DNA from: the human T2T-CHM13v2.0 reference genome, Homo sapiens
DNA: 64,000 nucleotides
Strand: one strand, 5' to 3'
Assembly (NCBI RefSeq): GCF_009914755.1
Contig: NC_060935.1
The notes beneath the pieces were generated by a model. It was not told where the DNA came from. It did no database searches and saw nothing but the letters and a program-made list of their open reading frames with translations. Positions 48,905-63,919 of the stretch are shown piece by piece; within the stretch, counting starts at the first letter, position 1, and each line of letters starts with the position of its first letter. Made by a program: the position numbers and the translations under genes.

Positions 48905-49455
48905 TTTATTTTTTTAATTGACCAAAAAAATATATTTATGGGATACAACATGATGCTTTGCAATGTGTATACATTGTGGAATGGTAAAGTGAAACTAGGT
49001 AGTGTGCATTACTTCACATCCTTATTTGTGGTTAGAATACTTAAAGTCTACTCTCTTAGCAATTTTTAGGTATTTAATACATTGTTATTAACTATAGTTA
49101 TCATGTGGTACATGATCATGCTTTAATTCGGAAAAAAAGGAAGAAAAACCACATGATAATGAAAGGTAAGATTTAATTAAATTCTCAAAAGCAACATATG
49201 GTATGATTCTATTTATATGAAATGTCCAAAATAGGCAAGTAAATAGAGATACAAAGTAGATTAGAGGTTTCTTGGGGTGAGGGGGAGGTAGGAATGGTGA
49301 GTGATTACTAATGATCTTGGGTTTCTTTTAGGGATGATGAAAATATTCTAGAATTAACCAGTGATAAAGCCTTATGAATATATTGAAAACCACTGAATTG
49401 TATACTTTAAAAGGGTGAATTTTATGGTATGTGAATTATATCTCAATAAAAAATA
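48905..49455. mobile_element. Two L1M 3'-end fragments in opposite orientation (48905-49110 -, 49190-49455 +)
   Basis: tctactctcttagcaatttt...attgttattaactatagt (antisense L1MA end); gtatgattctatttatatgaaatgtcca...tgtgaattatatctcaataaa (sense L1MB end). Confidence 0.75.
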
Positions 49456-49628
49456 ATTAAATTGTACCAAAATTGATGTGTAAAGCCTCAGCACTTTACA
49501 GTATAATGCTTTTTTTTTGTTGCTGTTCTGTTTATTGCTCAGGTAGCTTATTTGTGTTCTATAGTTTTATTATATGTAAATATGTCTAATATGTCAAATA
49601 TTTGCTGAATATATTTCATATATACTTA

Positions 49629-49829
<201 letters not shown>

Positions 49830-51296
49830 TTAGCCAGGCTTGGTGGCACATGCCTGTAGTCCTAACTACTTGAGAGACTGAGGTGGGAGGATTGCTTGAG
49901 CCTAGGAGTTTGAGGTTACAGTGAGCTATGATTGTGCCACTGCACTGTGGCACAATGGTCTCACTGTGTCACCCAGGCTGTATAGTGTGTATATATATAT
50001 ATATATATATAGTCTCTAGATACAGACAGTAAATAGAATTGTGTCTGTTATTAAAATATTATAGAACATACTGGGAAATTCTCAGAAATTCGAATTTGTT
50101 TTTCTTATTTCAGTGCTAGAATTTGTGTGTGCTGGGCCAGTGGATAGAGAAACATGGTTTAATATCTTGAAGTGCTGTACCCTACTACTGCATTTTGTTC
50201 TCCTTGGTGTGACATTCTTTAAACTTACTGAATTTTATTTAGTTTTAAAATGTTCTTTGTTTTAGTATTTCAAGTTTTTAAAGTTTTATAACTGGGGGAG
50301 GAAATATAGTAGTGTTTTAAAAGTCAAAAATGAGCCACTAAATTTGGAGAGAAACTTATTCACGGAGGGAATGAGGATGTGATGGAACAGTGAGCCCTTG
50401 TTTATTATTGCTTAGCCACCTGGAGTGGAATTTTGCCAGTCCTGCAATCCAAGTAAAGCAGCCAAGGTTTCCATGGTTTGAGTTTAAATTGAGCAAAGAT
50501 TAGTGCCTTATTTGAAACTTGGTTGAAAAAAGAAATGCCAACAGTGACTGAAGAATGTTAACATAAAACTTAGAGATTATAATCAGCTATGTAGAGAAAA
50601 TATGAAATAGTTATTAAACAGTTGCAAGGTATGCTGTCATGTATACATACTGTCTCATTTGATCTTCATGTTAATTCTGTGAGGCAGAATTGGAATTATC
50701 CCCCATTAACTAAAGAGGAAACAGCTTAAGGTGGCCTAGCTAATAAGTGATAGGTAGATTTTTGAACCTAAGCCATTTAATTTCACCACCAGTGTTTCTT
50801 TAACTGTACTATTGAAGGATTATTTGCTCCCTTTAGGAATTAAGTTTTTTTCCAATGTCTCATATTTGGATACATGGGGGAAATATTGGTCGAAGGCAGG
50901 GAGGGGTAGAGTTGTTTAAAAGCCATTTTGATTACCTCACACTTGCTCAGTTTTCATCCAGTTTTCTTCTGTTCTGTCTCAAGTTGTTTTAAGGTGATTC
51001 TCTTGTCTTAATTAGTGTATGGTGTTCCTTAGTGTTCATTTTGGTCAGTTTTTTTCAGTTTTTTTCCCAGGTTGTTTTAGGGGTTTTCTGCCTTTGCCTG
51101 GGAGAATTATTCTGAGGAGGTTCATACCAAGAGTTAAATTATATTGAAACTTTCCAAAAAGTAATTTTTACGGTTGGTTTTTGTATTTACTTTGTTATTT
51201 TACATCGATAGAATTAATTTTCAGCTTTCCTGAGACTTCAAATGATTAACCTGTCTGTTGTTCCTTTACCAAGTATTTTTTCCTTCCAAATGTTAA

Positions 51297-51608
<312 letters not shown>

Positions 51609-51808
51609 TAAATTCCTTCTTGGCTGGGCGTGTTAGGTTATGCCTGTAATCTCAGCACTTTGGGAGGCTGAGGCAGGAGGATCACCTGAGCCCAGGAGTT
51701 CTAGAGCAGCCTGGACAACAAAGTAAGACCTTGTCTGTTAAAAAAAAAAAAAATCCTTGTTTAGTAAAGGAATGGAATTCTTTAAACGTCTAGGAAGAAA
51801 CTTTTGTG

Positions 51809-51840
<32 letters not shown>

Positions 51841-53034
51841 GGCAGAGACACTATTGCTGGATTATCTGACAGTGAATAATTGAAGAAAGTGGTATACTGC
51901 TACCTTCTAGTTAGTACCAATAAAGTATATAAAAAACTAGTTTTGCTTCAGCATATTTTTAAGGCAGTCTGATTCTTCCATGAGATTTAATGGCTGATTA
52001 GGCTTGCTAGTCCAAATCTTGTCATTTCTTTTCTCTGATTCTCATATTAAGTCTTGGTTTGGGCTATATGATTAAAATCATTAATCCATTGGCAGTATGC
52101 CAAGTTCCAATTGGGGAATCTGGTGCTTTCTAACAGAAGCCTTTTTGTATTTGGTTTTTTGGAAACATACACAAAAGAAAAACACAGAGAAACTTTTCAG
52201 TTCAGTATGTCTCTCCTCCAGAGCCTAGCAGCCTCTGCATTCTGTTTTTCTAGTCTAATATTTATGCTTTTTCCCCTTGGTGTACTTTCTTGTTCATATG
52301 TCACTTATAATTCTTTTATAAAGTGTAGTCTCAAGTTTCTTCTGTTAATGAAATGACTCCCTTCAGTGCTCAAAGCACTTCAAATGTGTGCCTAACAACA
52401 TCATTTAGTAGGAAGTGGTACTGTTCTTAAACACCCAAACCCGTGCTTTCATGTGGTTCTTTTTTATTGCTCTTTAGCCTGTGTTATTTTTTCGTTCATT
52501 GTTTTTTGAAAGTTACATAGTGTGGGTTTTGTTTTGTTTTTTTTTGTTTTCTGAGATAAGGTCTTGCTCTGTTGCCCACGCTGGAGTGCAGTGACATGAT
52601 CATGGCTCACTGCAACCTTGCCCTGCTGGTCTCAAGAGATCCTCCCACCTTAGCCTTCCAAGTAGCTTGGGGAGTAGCTGGAATTACATGTGTGCACCAC
52701 CATGCCTGGCTAATTTTTAACTTTTTTTTGCAGAGGTCTCACTATGTTGTCCAGGCTGGTCTTGAACTCCTGAGCTCAAGTGATCCTCTTGCCTTGTCCT
52801 CCCAAAGTGCTGAGATTATAGGTGTGAGCCACTGCACCTGACTGAAAGTTACATAGTTTTAATTTGGTGCAATGACTAAGTTGGACTCTACATTTTCATT
52901 ATATTTGTGAAACTATAGAGGACTATAAACTTTTGAGTAAATAAAGGGGTTTCATGCTGAGAAACATGAATGACTTTATACTGATGAATACTTTGGCCAG
53001 CAATGTGAGTCATGTACTGTAAAGATATATTGTT

Positions 53035-53480
53035 TTTTAAAGTAGCAGTTTTATTGAGATATAAATTACATACCATACAATTAGTCTATTTAACATGTAC
53101 CATTTAGTGGTTTTTTTGTTCATTCACTACAACCATTACCACAATTGATTTTAGAATATTTTCATCTCACTGCTGCCCCCAAAATCTCATACCCATTTAG
53201 CAATCACTCCCTCTCCCCTATAGCTCTAGGCAAGTGCAAATCTACTTTCTGTCTATATATATTTGCCTATTCTGGACATATAATATTAATGGAATGATAC
53301 AATAGCCAGCCTTTTGTATCTGGCTTCTTTCACTTAGCATAATGTTTTCAGGGTTCATCCACGTTGTATCCTATAACAATACTTCATTCCTTTTTATGGC
53401 TGAATAACATTCCGTTACGGATATACCATGTTTTATTTACATATTCAGTTCATCAGTTGTTGGACATGTGGGTTGTTCAC
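53035..53480 (-). mobile_element. L1MB-like 3' fragment
   Basis: ttttattgagatataa..acataccatacaa...atttgcctattctggacat...tggcttctttcacttagcataatgttttca. Confidence 0.78.
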
Positions 53481-53489
53481 TTTAGTGCA

Positions 53490-53897
53490 ATCACGTTGGC
53501 CTTCTCTCTGTTCCCCAGATTACCAAGACCCTTCCTGCCTCAGAGCCTTCAGACATGCTGCTTCCTGTGCTGTAAGGCCAACTCCGCCCATCAAATGCAG
53601 CGAATTTTTGTTGATCCTTTAGCTCTGGACTTGATTGTCACTTCCTCAGGGAGGTTTCTCCTGGTAGAACCCACCCTTCCCAGAGCTAACCAGCTCTCCT
53701 ATAATGTGTTTCCCGCAGCAGCCTGTGCTTTTCCTCTATAGCACTTACTAGTTGTTGGGTTGTTGCTGTATTGTTTGGTGTCTGATTCCCTCTCCAGACT
53801 GTGAGTTCTGTGACGGCAAGAACTGGTTCACTGTTATCCAGCTCTTAGCATAGTAACTGGTACCTGGTAAACACTCACAATGATTTGAATGAATGAA
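53490..53897 (+). mobile_element. L2 3' fragment
   Basis: gtcacttcctcagggagg...ccagactgtgagttc...gaatgaatgaatg terminal repeat. Confidence 0.7.
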
Positions 53898-54533
53898 TGC
53901 GCAAATTAATACTGCAAACCAGGCAGAGGGGTACAAAACTGAATAAGATATGGCCTTTGATTTCAAAGAATTCATGATTTCATGTGAGTTGTAATAAAAT
54001 ATAGAACTGGGACTCAGGAAAGAGTTTGAGGTTAGAAATGTATATGTAGTTATATGAGAAGAGCCTACCATTTTACTTTCTCCTTCTTGGCTCTTGCTCT
54101 GGTTTAAATGGTTTTATGAAACTATAAAACCATTGAGATATAATTCACATAACATAAAACCTACCATTTTAAAGTGTACAGTAGAATAGTTGTGAATGTA
54201 TTTACTATGTTGTGTGGCCATCATCCCTATCCAAATTCTGGATTTCTGAGAATTTCCCAGTATGTTCTATAATATTTTAATAACAGACACAATTCTGTTT
54301 ACTGTCTATATAGAGAGAGACCATATATATATTTATGGCCTTACTGTGTATATATATGACCTCACTGTGCAAACACACTGGTCAATTTATCCAGCATTCA
54401 ATGCTTTGGAGTTGCTACCTGCTTTAGATGCTTCTTGGGACCACGAGCCATGGCTGCATTAGGCAAGGAAAGAGGACCTGCATCTTCCCTCTTTTTTTTT
54501 TTTAATTTTTATTATTTTATTTTATTTTTTTGA

Positions 54534-54635
<102 letters not shown>

Positions 54636-55122
54636 TGAGTAGCTGAGATTACAGGTGCGAGCCACCACGCCTGGGTAATTTGTATTTTTAGTAGAGATTG
54701 GGTTTCACCATGTTGGTCAGGCTGGTCTCGGACTCCTGGCCTCAAGTCATCTGCCTGCCTTGGACTCCCAAAGCGCTGAGATTGCAGGCATGAACCACTG
54801 TGCCCTGCTAGAGTTCCCTGTATTCCCCTTTATTGGAGCATTTGCACATAACTGTTAGTCTGTCTTCCTCCTCGCACTAGAAGCTCCTTAGAGACTACGT
54901 ATGTCTTATTTTATGTGGGACTCCTCCCATACCAGATGCTGACTGACCTGTAGTAGACAGGTAACAAATATTTGCATATCCACAGATACACGGTGAAAGA
55001 CAGGATCTAGAATAAGAGTCTTGAGCTGCAGTTCAGCTCAAAGACATATTGATGCAGACATTGCTACACTTCATACAAACAGCAAAGATGATCTGTTCTC
55101 TCCCCTTTGTACACAAATGGTT

Positions 55123-57061
55123 GATCTGTATACACTGGTGATCTGTATACACTTGGTGATCTGTATACACTGGTGATCTGTATACACTGGTGATCTGTAT
55201 GCACTGGTGATATGTATATACTTGGTGATCTGTATACACTTGGTGATCTGTATACACTGGTGATCTGTATACACTGGTGATCTGTATGCACTGGTGATAT
55301 GTATATACTTGGTGATCTGTATACACTGGTGATCTGTATACACTGGTGATCTGTATACACTGGTGATCTGTATGCACTGGTGATATGTATATACTTGGTG
55401 ATCTGTATACACTGGTGATCTGTATACACTGGTGATATGTATACACTGGTGATCTGTGTATACTTGGTGATCTGTATACACTTGGTGATCTGTATACACT
55501 GGTGATCTGTGTATACTTGGTGATCTGTATACACTGGTGATCTGTATACACTGGTGATCTGTGTACACTTGGTGATCTGTATACACTGGTGATCTGTATA
55601 CACTGGTGATCTGTGTATACTTGGTGATCTGTATACACTGGTGATCTGTGTACACTTTGTGATCTGTATGCACTGGTGATCTGTGTACACTTGGTGATCT
55701 GTATGCACTGGTGATCTGTATACACTGGTGATCTGTATACACTTGGTGATCTGTATACACTGGTGATCTGTGTACACTTGGTGATCTGTATGCACTGGTG
55801 ATCTGTATACACTGGTGATCTGTGTACACTTGGTGATCTGTATGCACTGGTGATCTGTATACACTGGTGATCTGTGTATACTTGGTGATCTGTATACACT
55901 GGTGATCTGTATACACTGGTGATCTGTGTATACTTGGTGATCTGTATACACTGGTGATCTGTATACACTGGTGATCTGTGTATACTTGGTGATCTGTATA
56001 CACTGGTGATCTGTGTATACTTGGTGATCTGTATACACTGGTGATCTGTATACACTGGTGATCTGTGTATACTTGGTGATCTGTATACACTGGTGATCTG
56101 TATACACTGGTGATCTGTGTATACTTGGTGATCTGTATACACTGGTGATCTGTGTATACTTGGTGATCTGTATACACTGGTGATCTGTATACACTGGTGA
56201 TCTGTGTATACTTGGTGATCTGTATACACTGGTGATCTGTATACACTGGTGATCTGTGTATACTTGGTGATCTGTGTATACTTGGTGATCTGTATACACT
56301 GGTGATCTGTATACACTGGTGATCTGTGTATACTTGGTGATCTGTATACACTGGTGATCTGTATACACTGGTGATCTGTGTATACTTGGTGATCTGTGTA
56401 TACTTGGTGATCTGTATACACTGGTGATCTGTATACACTGGTGATCTGTGTATACTTGGTGATCTGTATGCACTGGTGATCTGTATACACTGGTGATCTG
56501 TGTACACTTGGTGATCTGTATGCACTGGTGATCTGTATACACTGGTGATCTGTGTATACTTGGTGATCTGTATGCACTGGTGATCTGTATACACTGGTGA
56601 TCTGTGTATACTTGGTGATCTGTATACACTGGTGATCTGTATACACTGGTGATCTGTGTATACTTGGTGATCTGTATACACTGGTGATCTGTGTATACTT
56701 GGTGATCTGTATACACTGGTGATCTGTATACACTGGTGATCTGTATACACTGGTGATCTGTGTATACTTGGTGATCTGTATACACTGGTGATCTGTATAC
56801 ACTGGTGATCTGTGTATACTTGGTGATCTGTATACACTGGTGATCTGTATACACTGGTGATCTGTGTATACTTGGTGATCTGTATACACTGGTGATCTGT
56901 GTATACTTGGTGATCTGTATACACTGGTGATCTGTATACACTGGTGATCTGTATACACTGGTGATCTGTGTATACTTGGTGATCTGTATACACTGGTGAT
57001 CTGTATACACTGGTGATCTGTGTATACTTGGTGATCTGTATACACTGGTGATCTGTATACA
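55123..57061. repeat. Minisatellite/VNTR, 17/18-bp unit GATCTGTATACACTGGT, roughly 110 copies
   Basis: Uninterrupted tandem array of the unit and its variants GATCTGTGTATACTTGGT, GATCTGTATGCACTGGT, GATCTGTGTACACTTGGT, GATATGTATATACTTGGT. Confidence 0.98.
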
Positions 57062-57859
57062 TTGATCAGCACTTGTTTTTTTTCCCCCCATTTTGTCTTT
57101 TTGTTTATTTTATAATATGATATATACAAAATAATATTTGTAGGATATATGAAAATTATAAAGCATAATAAAATGAACATCTGTGAACCTACCACTCATC
57201 TTGGGAAACACATCAGTAATGTTGCCTCAACCTCTTTGCTCTTCTCTTTTGTCATTTCCCTGCCTCCTCCCGAGAGGAAGCCACCATCCTGAATTTTATG
57301 TGCATTTTCCTCTCACATTAGAAAAAAGTTTTGTCATATATGTATATCTTAATGTATGATTAATTTTTACTCTGGAGACATAAAAATAGGATCATGCTGT
57401 ATATGGTCTTTTCTGACTTGCATTTTTCACTGGACATTATATAATTCTTCGTGTTGTGTACCTTCATGTCATATCTTGGTGATTAGTTCAGATTAGCACA
57501 TAAAGAACTCTTTTTTTTTCTTGTTACAGCTGTGTATATGGTCAGTACATCATATAATTTAATAATAAATACTTTGCAGCATTTTTTTCCTTTTTTTTCT
57601 TTATTTTTAGCTATCTCCTACAGGAAGGAAGCATTTTTTTTCTTTAGCAAGATTCTTTCACATATATTTCTTTATTCTTATTCTTAGAACCTTGAAAACC
57701 ATTCGGTATAGTGTATGGTATATGAAATTCCGGAAACCCAAGATTGAATTTCTTTATTTTGTTTGACATTATACCTTGTGTGAAAACACTTGAATACTAA
57801 TGCTTTATGCACTATTTTCTATGAAAACTATAGATTTTATACTTAAAAAAACTGGTAAA

Positions 57860-59220
<1,361 letters not shown>

Positions 59221-59500
59221 CTGTTCTAAACTCCTTGAACTGTTTTCCTACAGGCTATTTCTTAAAATTATGAAGCCCTTGGTGATTTGGTCTTATATTT
59301 GCTTTTCCAGCTGTATATCTAGCCACTTCCCCTCAGGAACCCTATGATTCACCACAGAATCCACTTAGAATCACTTCTTGTTCTCAGAGCAAGGCTATCT
59401 GCTTTTGTGCACATGTCATTTCCCCTGTGTGGCATATCTTCCACTTAGTGTTTTGTGGGGTGTGGATAGAGTTGGTGGTGGTGGCCTTGGAAATGTTCTG

Positions 59501-59546
59501 CATAGATGGCATTCATCCCATAGATGGCATTCATCCCATAGATGGC
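59501..59546. repeat. 18-bp tandem repeat, 2.5 copies
   Basis: CATAGATGGCATTCATCC x2 followed by CATAGATGGC. Confidence 0.9.
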
Positions 59547-60175
59547 CTCCACCTACTGAGTTCTACAAGCAGTTTGGTATGGTGGGAAGAGCTAGCATTT
59601 GAGACAGAGTTGCGCTCTGTCACCCAGACTAGAGTGTGAATTTGTACAGCAGCATGATCACAGCTCACTACAGCCGTGAATTTCTGGGCTCAAATGAGCC
59701 TCCCACCTCCCTCCTGACAAGCTAGGACTATAGGCACAAACCACCATACCCTACTAATTAAAAAATGTTTTTCTTTAGAGACAGGGGTCTCACTATGTTG
59801 CCCAGGCTGGATTTTTTTTTTCCCCCTCAGACAGAGTCTCACTTTGTCGCCCAGGCTGGAGTGCAGCAGCACAGTCTTGCCTTCATTGCAGCCTCCACCT
59901 CCCAGGCTCAAGTGATCCTCCTGCCTCAGTCTCCCGAGTAGTTGGGGCTAAAGGCACATGCCAACATGCTCAGCTAATTAAAAAAAAAATGTTTTTGGTA
60001 GAAATAAGATGTCGCTATATTGCCTATATTGGTCTCGAGCTCCTGGTCTCAAGCAATCCTTCCACCTCAGCCTCCCAAAGCATTGGAATTATAGGCCTGA
60101 GCCACCACACCTTGCTGAGCTTGAGTTTAAACTTTGGTTTTGATATTTACTAGCCATGTGAACTTTGTAAATGTA

Positions 60176-60855
60176 CAGTTGACACTTGAACCCACATAGT
60201 TGAAAATCCAAGTATAACTTTTTTTTTTGAGACAGAATCTCTCACTTTGTCACCTAGGCTGGCATGTAGTAGTGCGATCTCCCCCAAACTTCAGCCTCCC
60301 GGGCAGCTAGGACCACAGATGCATGCCACCATGCCTGGCTAATTTTTAGTATTTTTGGTAGAGACAGGGTTTCACCATGTTGCTCAGGCTGATCTCAAAC
60401 TCTTGAACTCAAGCGATCCACCCGCCTTGGCCTCCTAAAGTGCTGGAATTACAGGCATGAGCCACTGTGCCTGGCTTCCAAGGTTAGCTTTTGACTCCCC
60501 CAAAACTTAACTCCTAATAGCCTACTGTTGACTGGAAGGCTTACCAATAATATAAACAGTTGATTAGCACATATTTTAATGTAAAATGTATTATGTGCAG
60601 TTATTCTTATGATAAAGTAATCTAGAGAAAAGAAAATGTTATTAAGAAGATCATAAGGAAGAGAAAATGTATTTACTATTCATTCAGTGGAAGTGGATCA
60701 TTGTAAAGGTCTTTATCCTCATTGTCTTCTTGTTGAGTAGGCTGAGGAAGAGGCGGAAGTTGTTGGTCTTGCTGTCTCAGTGGTGGCAAAGGCAGAAGAA
60801 AATCCAGTCCACATTTAAGTGGACCCTCGAAGTTCAAACCTATGTTGTTCAAGGA
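60176..60855. mobile_element. Tigger2/MER28-like DNA transposon remnant with inserted Alu (60218-60475)
   Basis: TA|CAGTTGACACTTGAAC start; taatagcctactgttgactggaag; end gttcaaacc..tgttgttcaagg matching the inverted terminus. Confidence 0.78.
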
Positions 60856-61685
60856 TGCTCAGTTTTTTGGAACCTGTATTTTCTGATCTGTAAAATAGGG
60901 GCAATAATTAACCTTATAGGACTAATACAAAATTTAAGTGAGAAATAACATATAAAATGCCTAGCATATAGTCAGTCTTCAAGGTGATAGTGATAAGGCA
61001 AAAAAGAAAAGCAGCAGCAATTGCTGCTTCTGCTGCTGCTGCTGCTTTCCCTCCATGGGATCACTTGTATTTGATGGGGCCGTGGGAAATGGTGTTAGAC
61101 TGAGGCAAGGTACTAAAGGCAGAACACAAAGGAGCTCTTTCTACTCCTGGAGGCCTGGTTTGCCAACTACAGATTAAAGTTAGAGATCAGGTGAAACTTC
61201 GGCCTGCGGACAGCTGGTGACTTTTTTCATATAGTCAAAAAATGGTTTGTTCATATCTTTCTAAAAAGAAATGCTTCGCTGATGTTATTCTGCTGCCCAT
61301 GCCTGCCTCCTCCAGTACATCTTCCATGTTATTCCAGGATATGGCTTTTTTTTTTTAAATTTTCAAAAAAAATTTTTTTTTTTTTGATTAAGTGTCTTGC
61401 CCTGTCTCCAAGGCTGGAGTGCAGTGGCATGATCATGGCTCACTGCAGCCTTGACCACCTGGGTACAAGCAATCCTTCTGCCTGACCTTCCTGGGTAGCT
61501 GGGACCACAGGCATGCACTGTTGTGCTCAGCTAATTTTTAAAATTATTATTTGTACAGACCGGGTCTGTCTCTGTTGCCCAGGCTGGTCTGAAACTCCTG
61601 GGCTCAAGGAATCTTTATGCTTTGGCCTCCCAAAGTGCTGAGATTACATAGGCATGAGCCACTGTGCCTGGCCTATTTTTTATTT

Positions 61686-61716
<31 letters not shown>

Positions 61717-62065
61717 TTTTTGTATTGTTATACATATTTATTTATGTATTTTTTATTTTTATTTTTTTAAACATTGTTTATATTAATTTAAAAAATAAAT
61801 AGAAATGAGGTCTTGCTATATTGCCCAGGCTGGTCTCAAACTCCTAGCCTTAAGCAGTTCTCTTGCATCAGCCTCCCATAGTGCTGGGACTACAGGAGTG
61901 AGGCACTGCACTGGTGCAGAATGTGGCTTTTAAAATGAAGAGTGTGTCTGTTACTACCTTCAACTCTTTCAGTCCAGATAAAGTCCTAACTCCTTAACAT
62001 GAATGATAAATCTCCTAATGATCGGTCTTCACCTACCTCACTGGTTTGTCTTTCACTGTGTCCCA

Positions 62066-62580
62066 TGTAATGGAAATTTGCCTTTTATGTGTGTGTGTGT
62101 GTGTGTGTCTGTCTGTCTGTCTAGCATCTGAACTTTTTTCTTACATTTGGGAAATTCTACAGAGTCTTGGTGGGGAACAGGACCTGTCTCACACCTCAAA
62201 ATCTGGAAAGTTCAGGTACTCATTTTTCCCTGTTCCTTGGCAGCTAGAGCACAGGAATGTGACCCAGGCTCAGCCAGTAGAACTTTGAATCTGCAGTGAG
62301 TGACGCAGAAGATCATGGATAGGGGCAGTGGTAGCAGTGGTAATAGTGAGGGTGCTCTCATGTTATACAGGCAGTGGTGTCTTCACCAGACTGTTCCCGT
62401 GAGTGGTTCAGCCGCAGTTCTGGCTGCCTACTCTACCTTGATACCAGCCTAATTTCAGAGCCTAGATTTTTCTAGCCTTTGCATTAGATCTGTGAGGTTA
62501 CCCATTGTTTTTCCAATAAATTCCTTTTGTTTTTAAAGGAACCCAAGGTGGTTCCTGTTACTTGCACTTACACGAAGAGC
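62066..62580 (+). mobile_element. LTR33-like ERVL LTR
   Basis: ccttggcagctag...atgtgacccaggctcagcca and ccaataaattcctttt...ctgttacttgca motifs, by recall. Confidence 0.55.
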
Positions 62581-63451
62581 CTTAGTTATACCACCCTCCA
62601 GCACCAGGTGCCCCATTCACATTAAATACTCACAGTTCTTCCAAACTAACCATGCTTGCCTCCACTTCGGGGCTTTCTCACATTCTCTTCTACCTGGAAT
62701 ACCCTTTATCCCATTCTTGATCTGTTTGACTCTTGATGCTGCTTGAGAACTCAGCTCTGTTGTCCTGTCACTCTTTCTGCGAATCTTTCCCCAGATGTCA
62801 AGATTGTGTTAGCTCCTCAGTGCTCCCACAAAATCCTCTGCTTATCTCTATTACAGTACTTGTCACACTCTGCTGTAATTGTCTTTATATTCCTTGGGAA
62901 CATAGGCCAGTATTATGTTGAGTATCTTTGTACTGTCTTTGGCAAATAATAATTATGATCTAAATTTTATTTGTCAAATGAGTGAACAATTCTATTGAAT
63001 TATACACTGTTAAATTATACAGTTATATTAAAATTTATTTGCATATCTGTTTTCCCTAATAAACTGTGAACATTTTAAGAGCACAGACCTAGTTCTTCAT
63101 CTTTATATCCTTAGTTTATAGGATATAAAAGTGCCTCCCAGCACTGTGGGAGGCTGATGCAAGAGAACTGCTTAAGGCTAGGAGTTTGAGACCAGCCTGG
63201 GCAATATAGCAAGACCTCATCTCTATTTATTTTTTAAATTAATATAAACAATGTTAAAAAATAAAAACAAAAAATAGGCCAGGCACAGTGGCTCATGCCT
63301 ATCTAATCTCAGTACTTGGCTCGTAGTAGATGCTGAGGAAACACTGGATACGTGAACAAATGAATGAATGGCAGGATTGTTGTTTTAGAATTTCAGTTAA
63401 ATAGTTTTCCCCAAAAGAAGGTATCTTCTTCCTTTTTTTTTTTTTTTTTGA

Positions 63452-63616
<165 letters not shown>

Positions 63617-63769
63617 TGACCTCAAGTGATCCGCCTGCCTCGGCCTCCCAGAGTGCTGGGATTACAGGCATGAGCCACCATGCCCAGCCTCTTCTTTGAC
63701 CGTGTATGTAAAGATAATGTACCTGTACTTGGCTCATACTGAGTAATTGACATTCTCAGTTTCTTCCAT

Positions 63770-63919
63770 GTGCTAGGATTGGTAGCCTGTTTATTAATAG
63801 GAAGATAGTGTATGCACATGAAACTGTAACTATTTGAGAGGTCAGTGCTAGGATTGGTAGTCTGTTTATTAATAGGAAGATAGTGTGTACACATGAAACG
63901 GTAACTATTTGAGAGGTCA
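63770..63919. repeat. 75-bp tandem duplication (2 copies)
   Basis: GTGCTAGGATTGGTAG...TATTTGAGAGGTCA at 63770-63844 and 63845-63919, with 4 mismatches. Confidence 0.95.

Noticed and set aside
55123-57061. CRISPR-like array
   Set aside because: Units are contiguous with no unique spacers, there are no cas genes, and the DNA is primate.
55033-57195. 660-720-aa minus-strand ORFs as genuine protein-coding genes
   Set aside because: All three frames are open simply because the repeat lacks stop triplets. No domain, splice or promoter evidence. Kept only as a hypothesis in findings.
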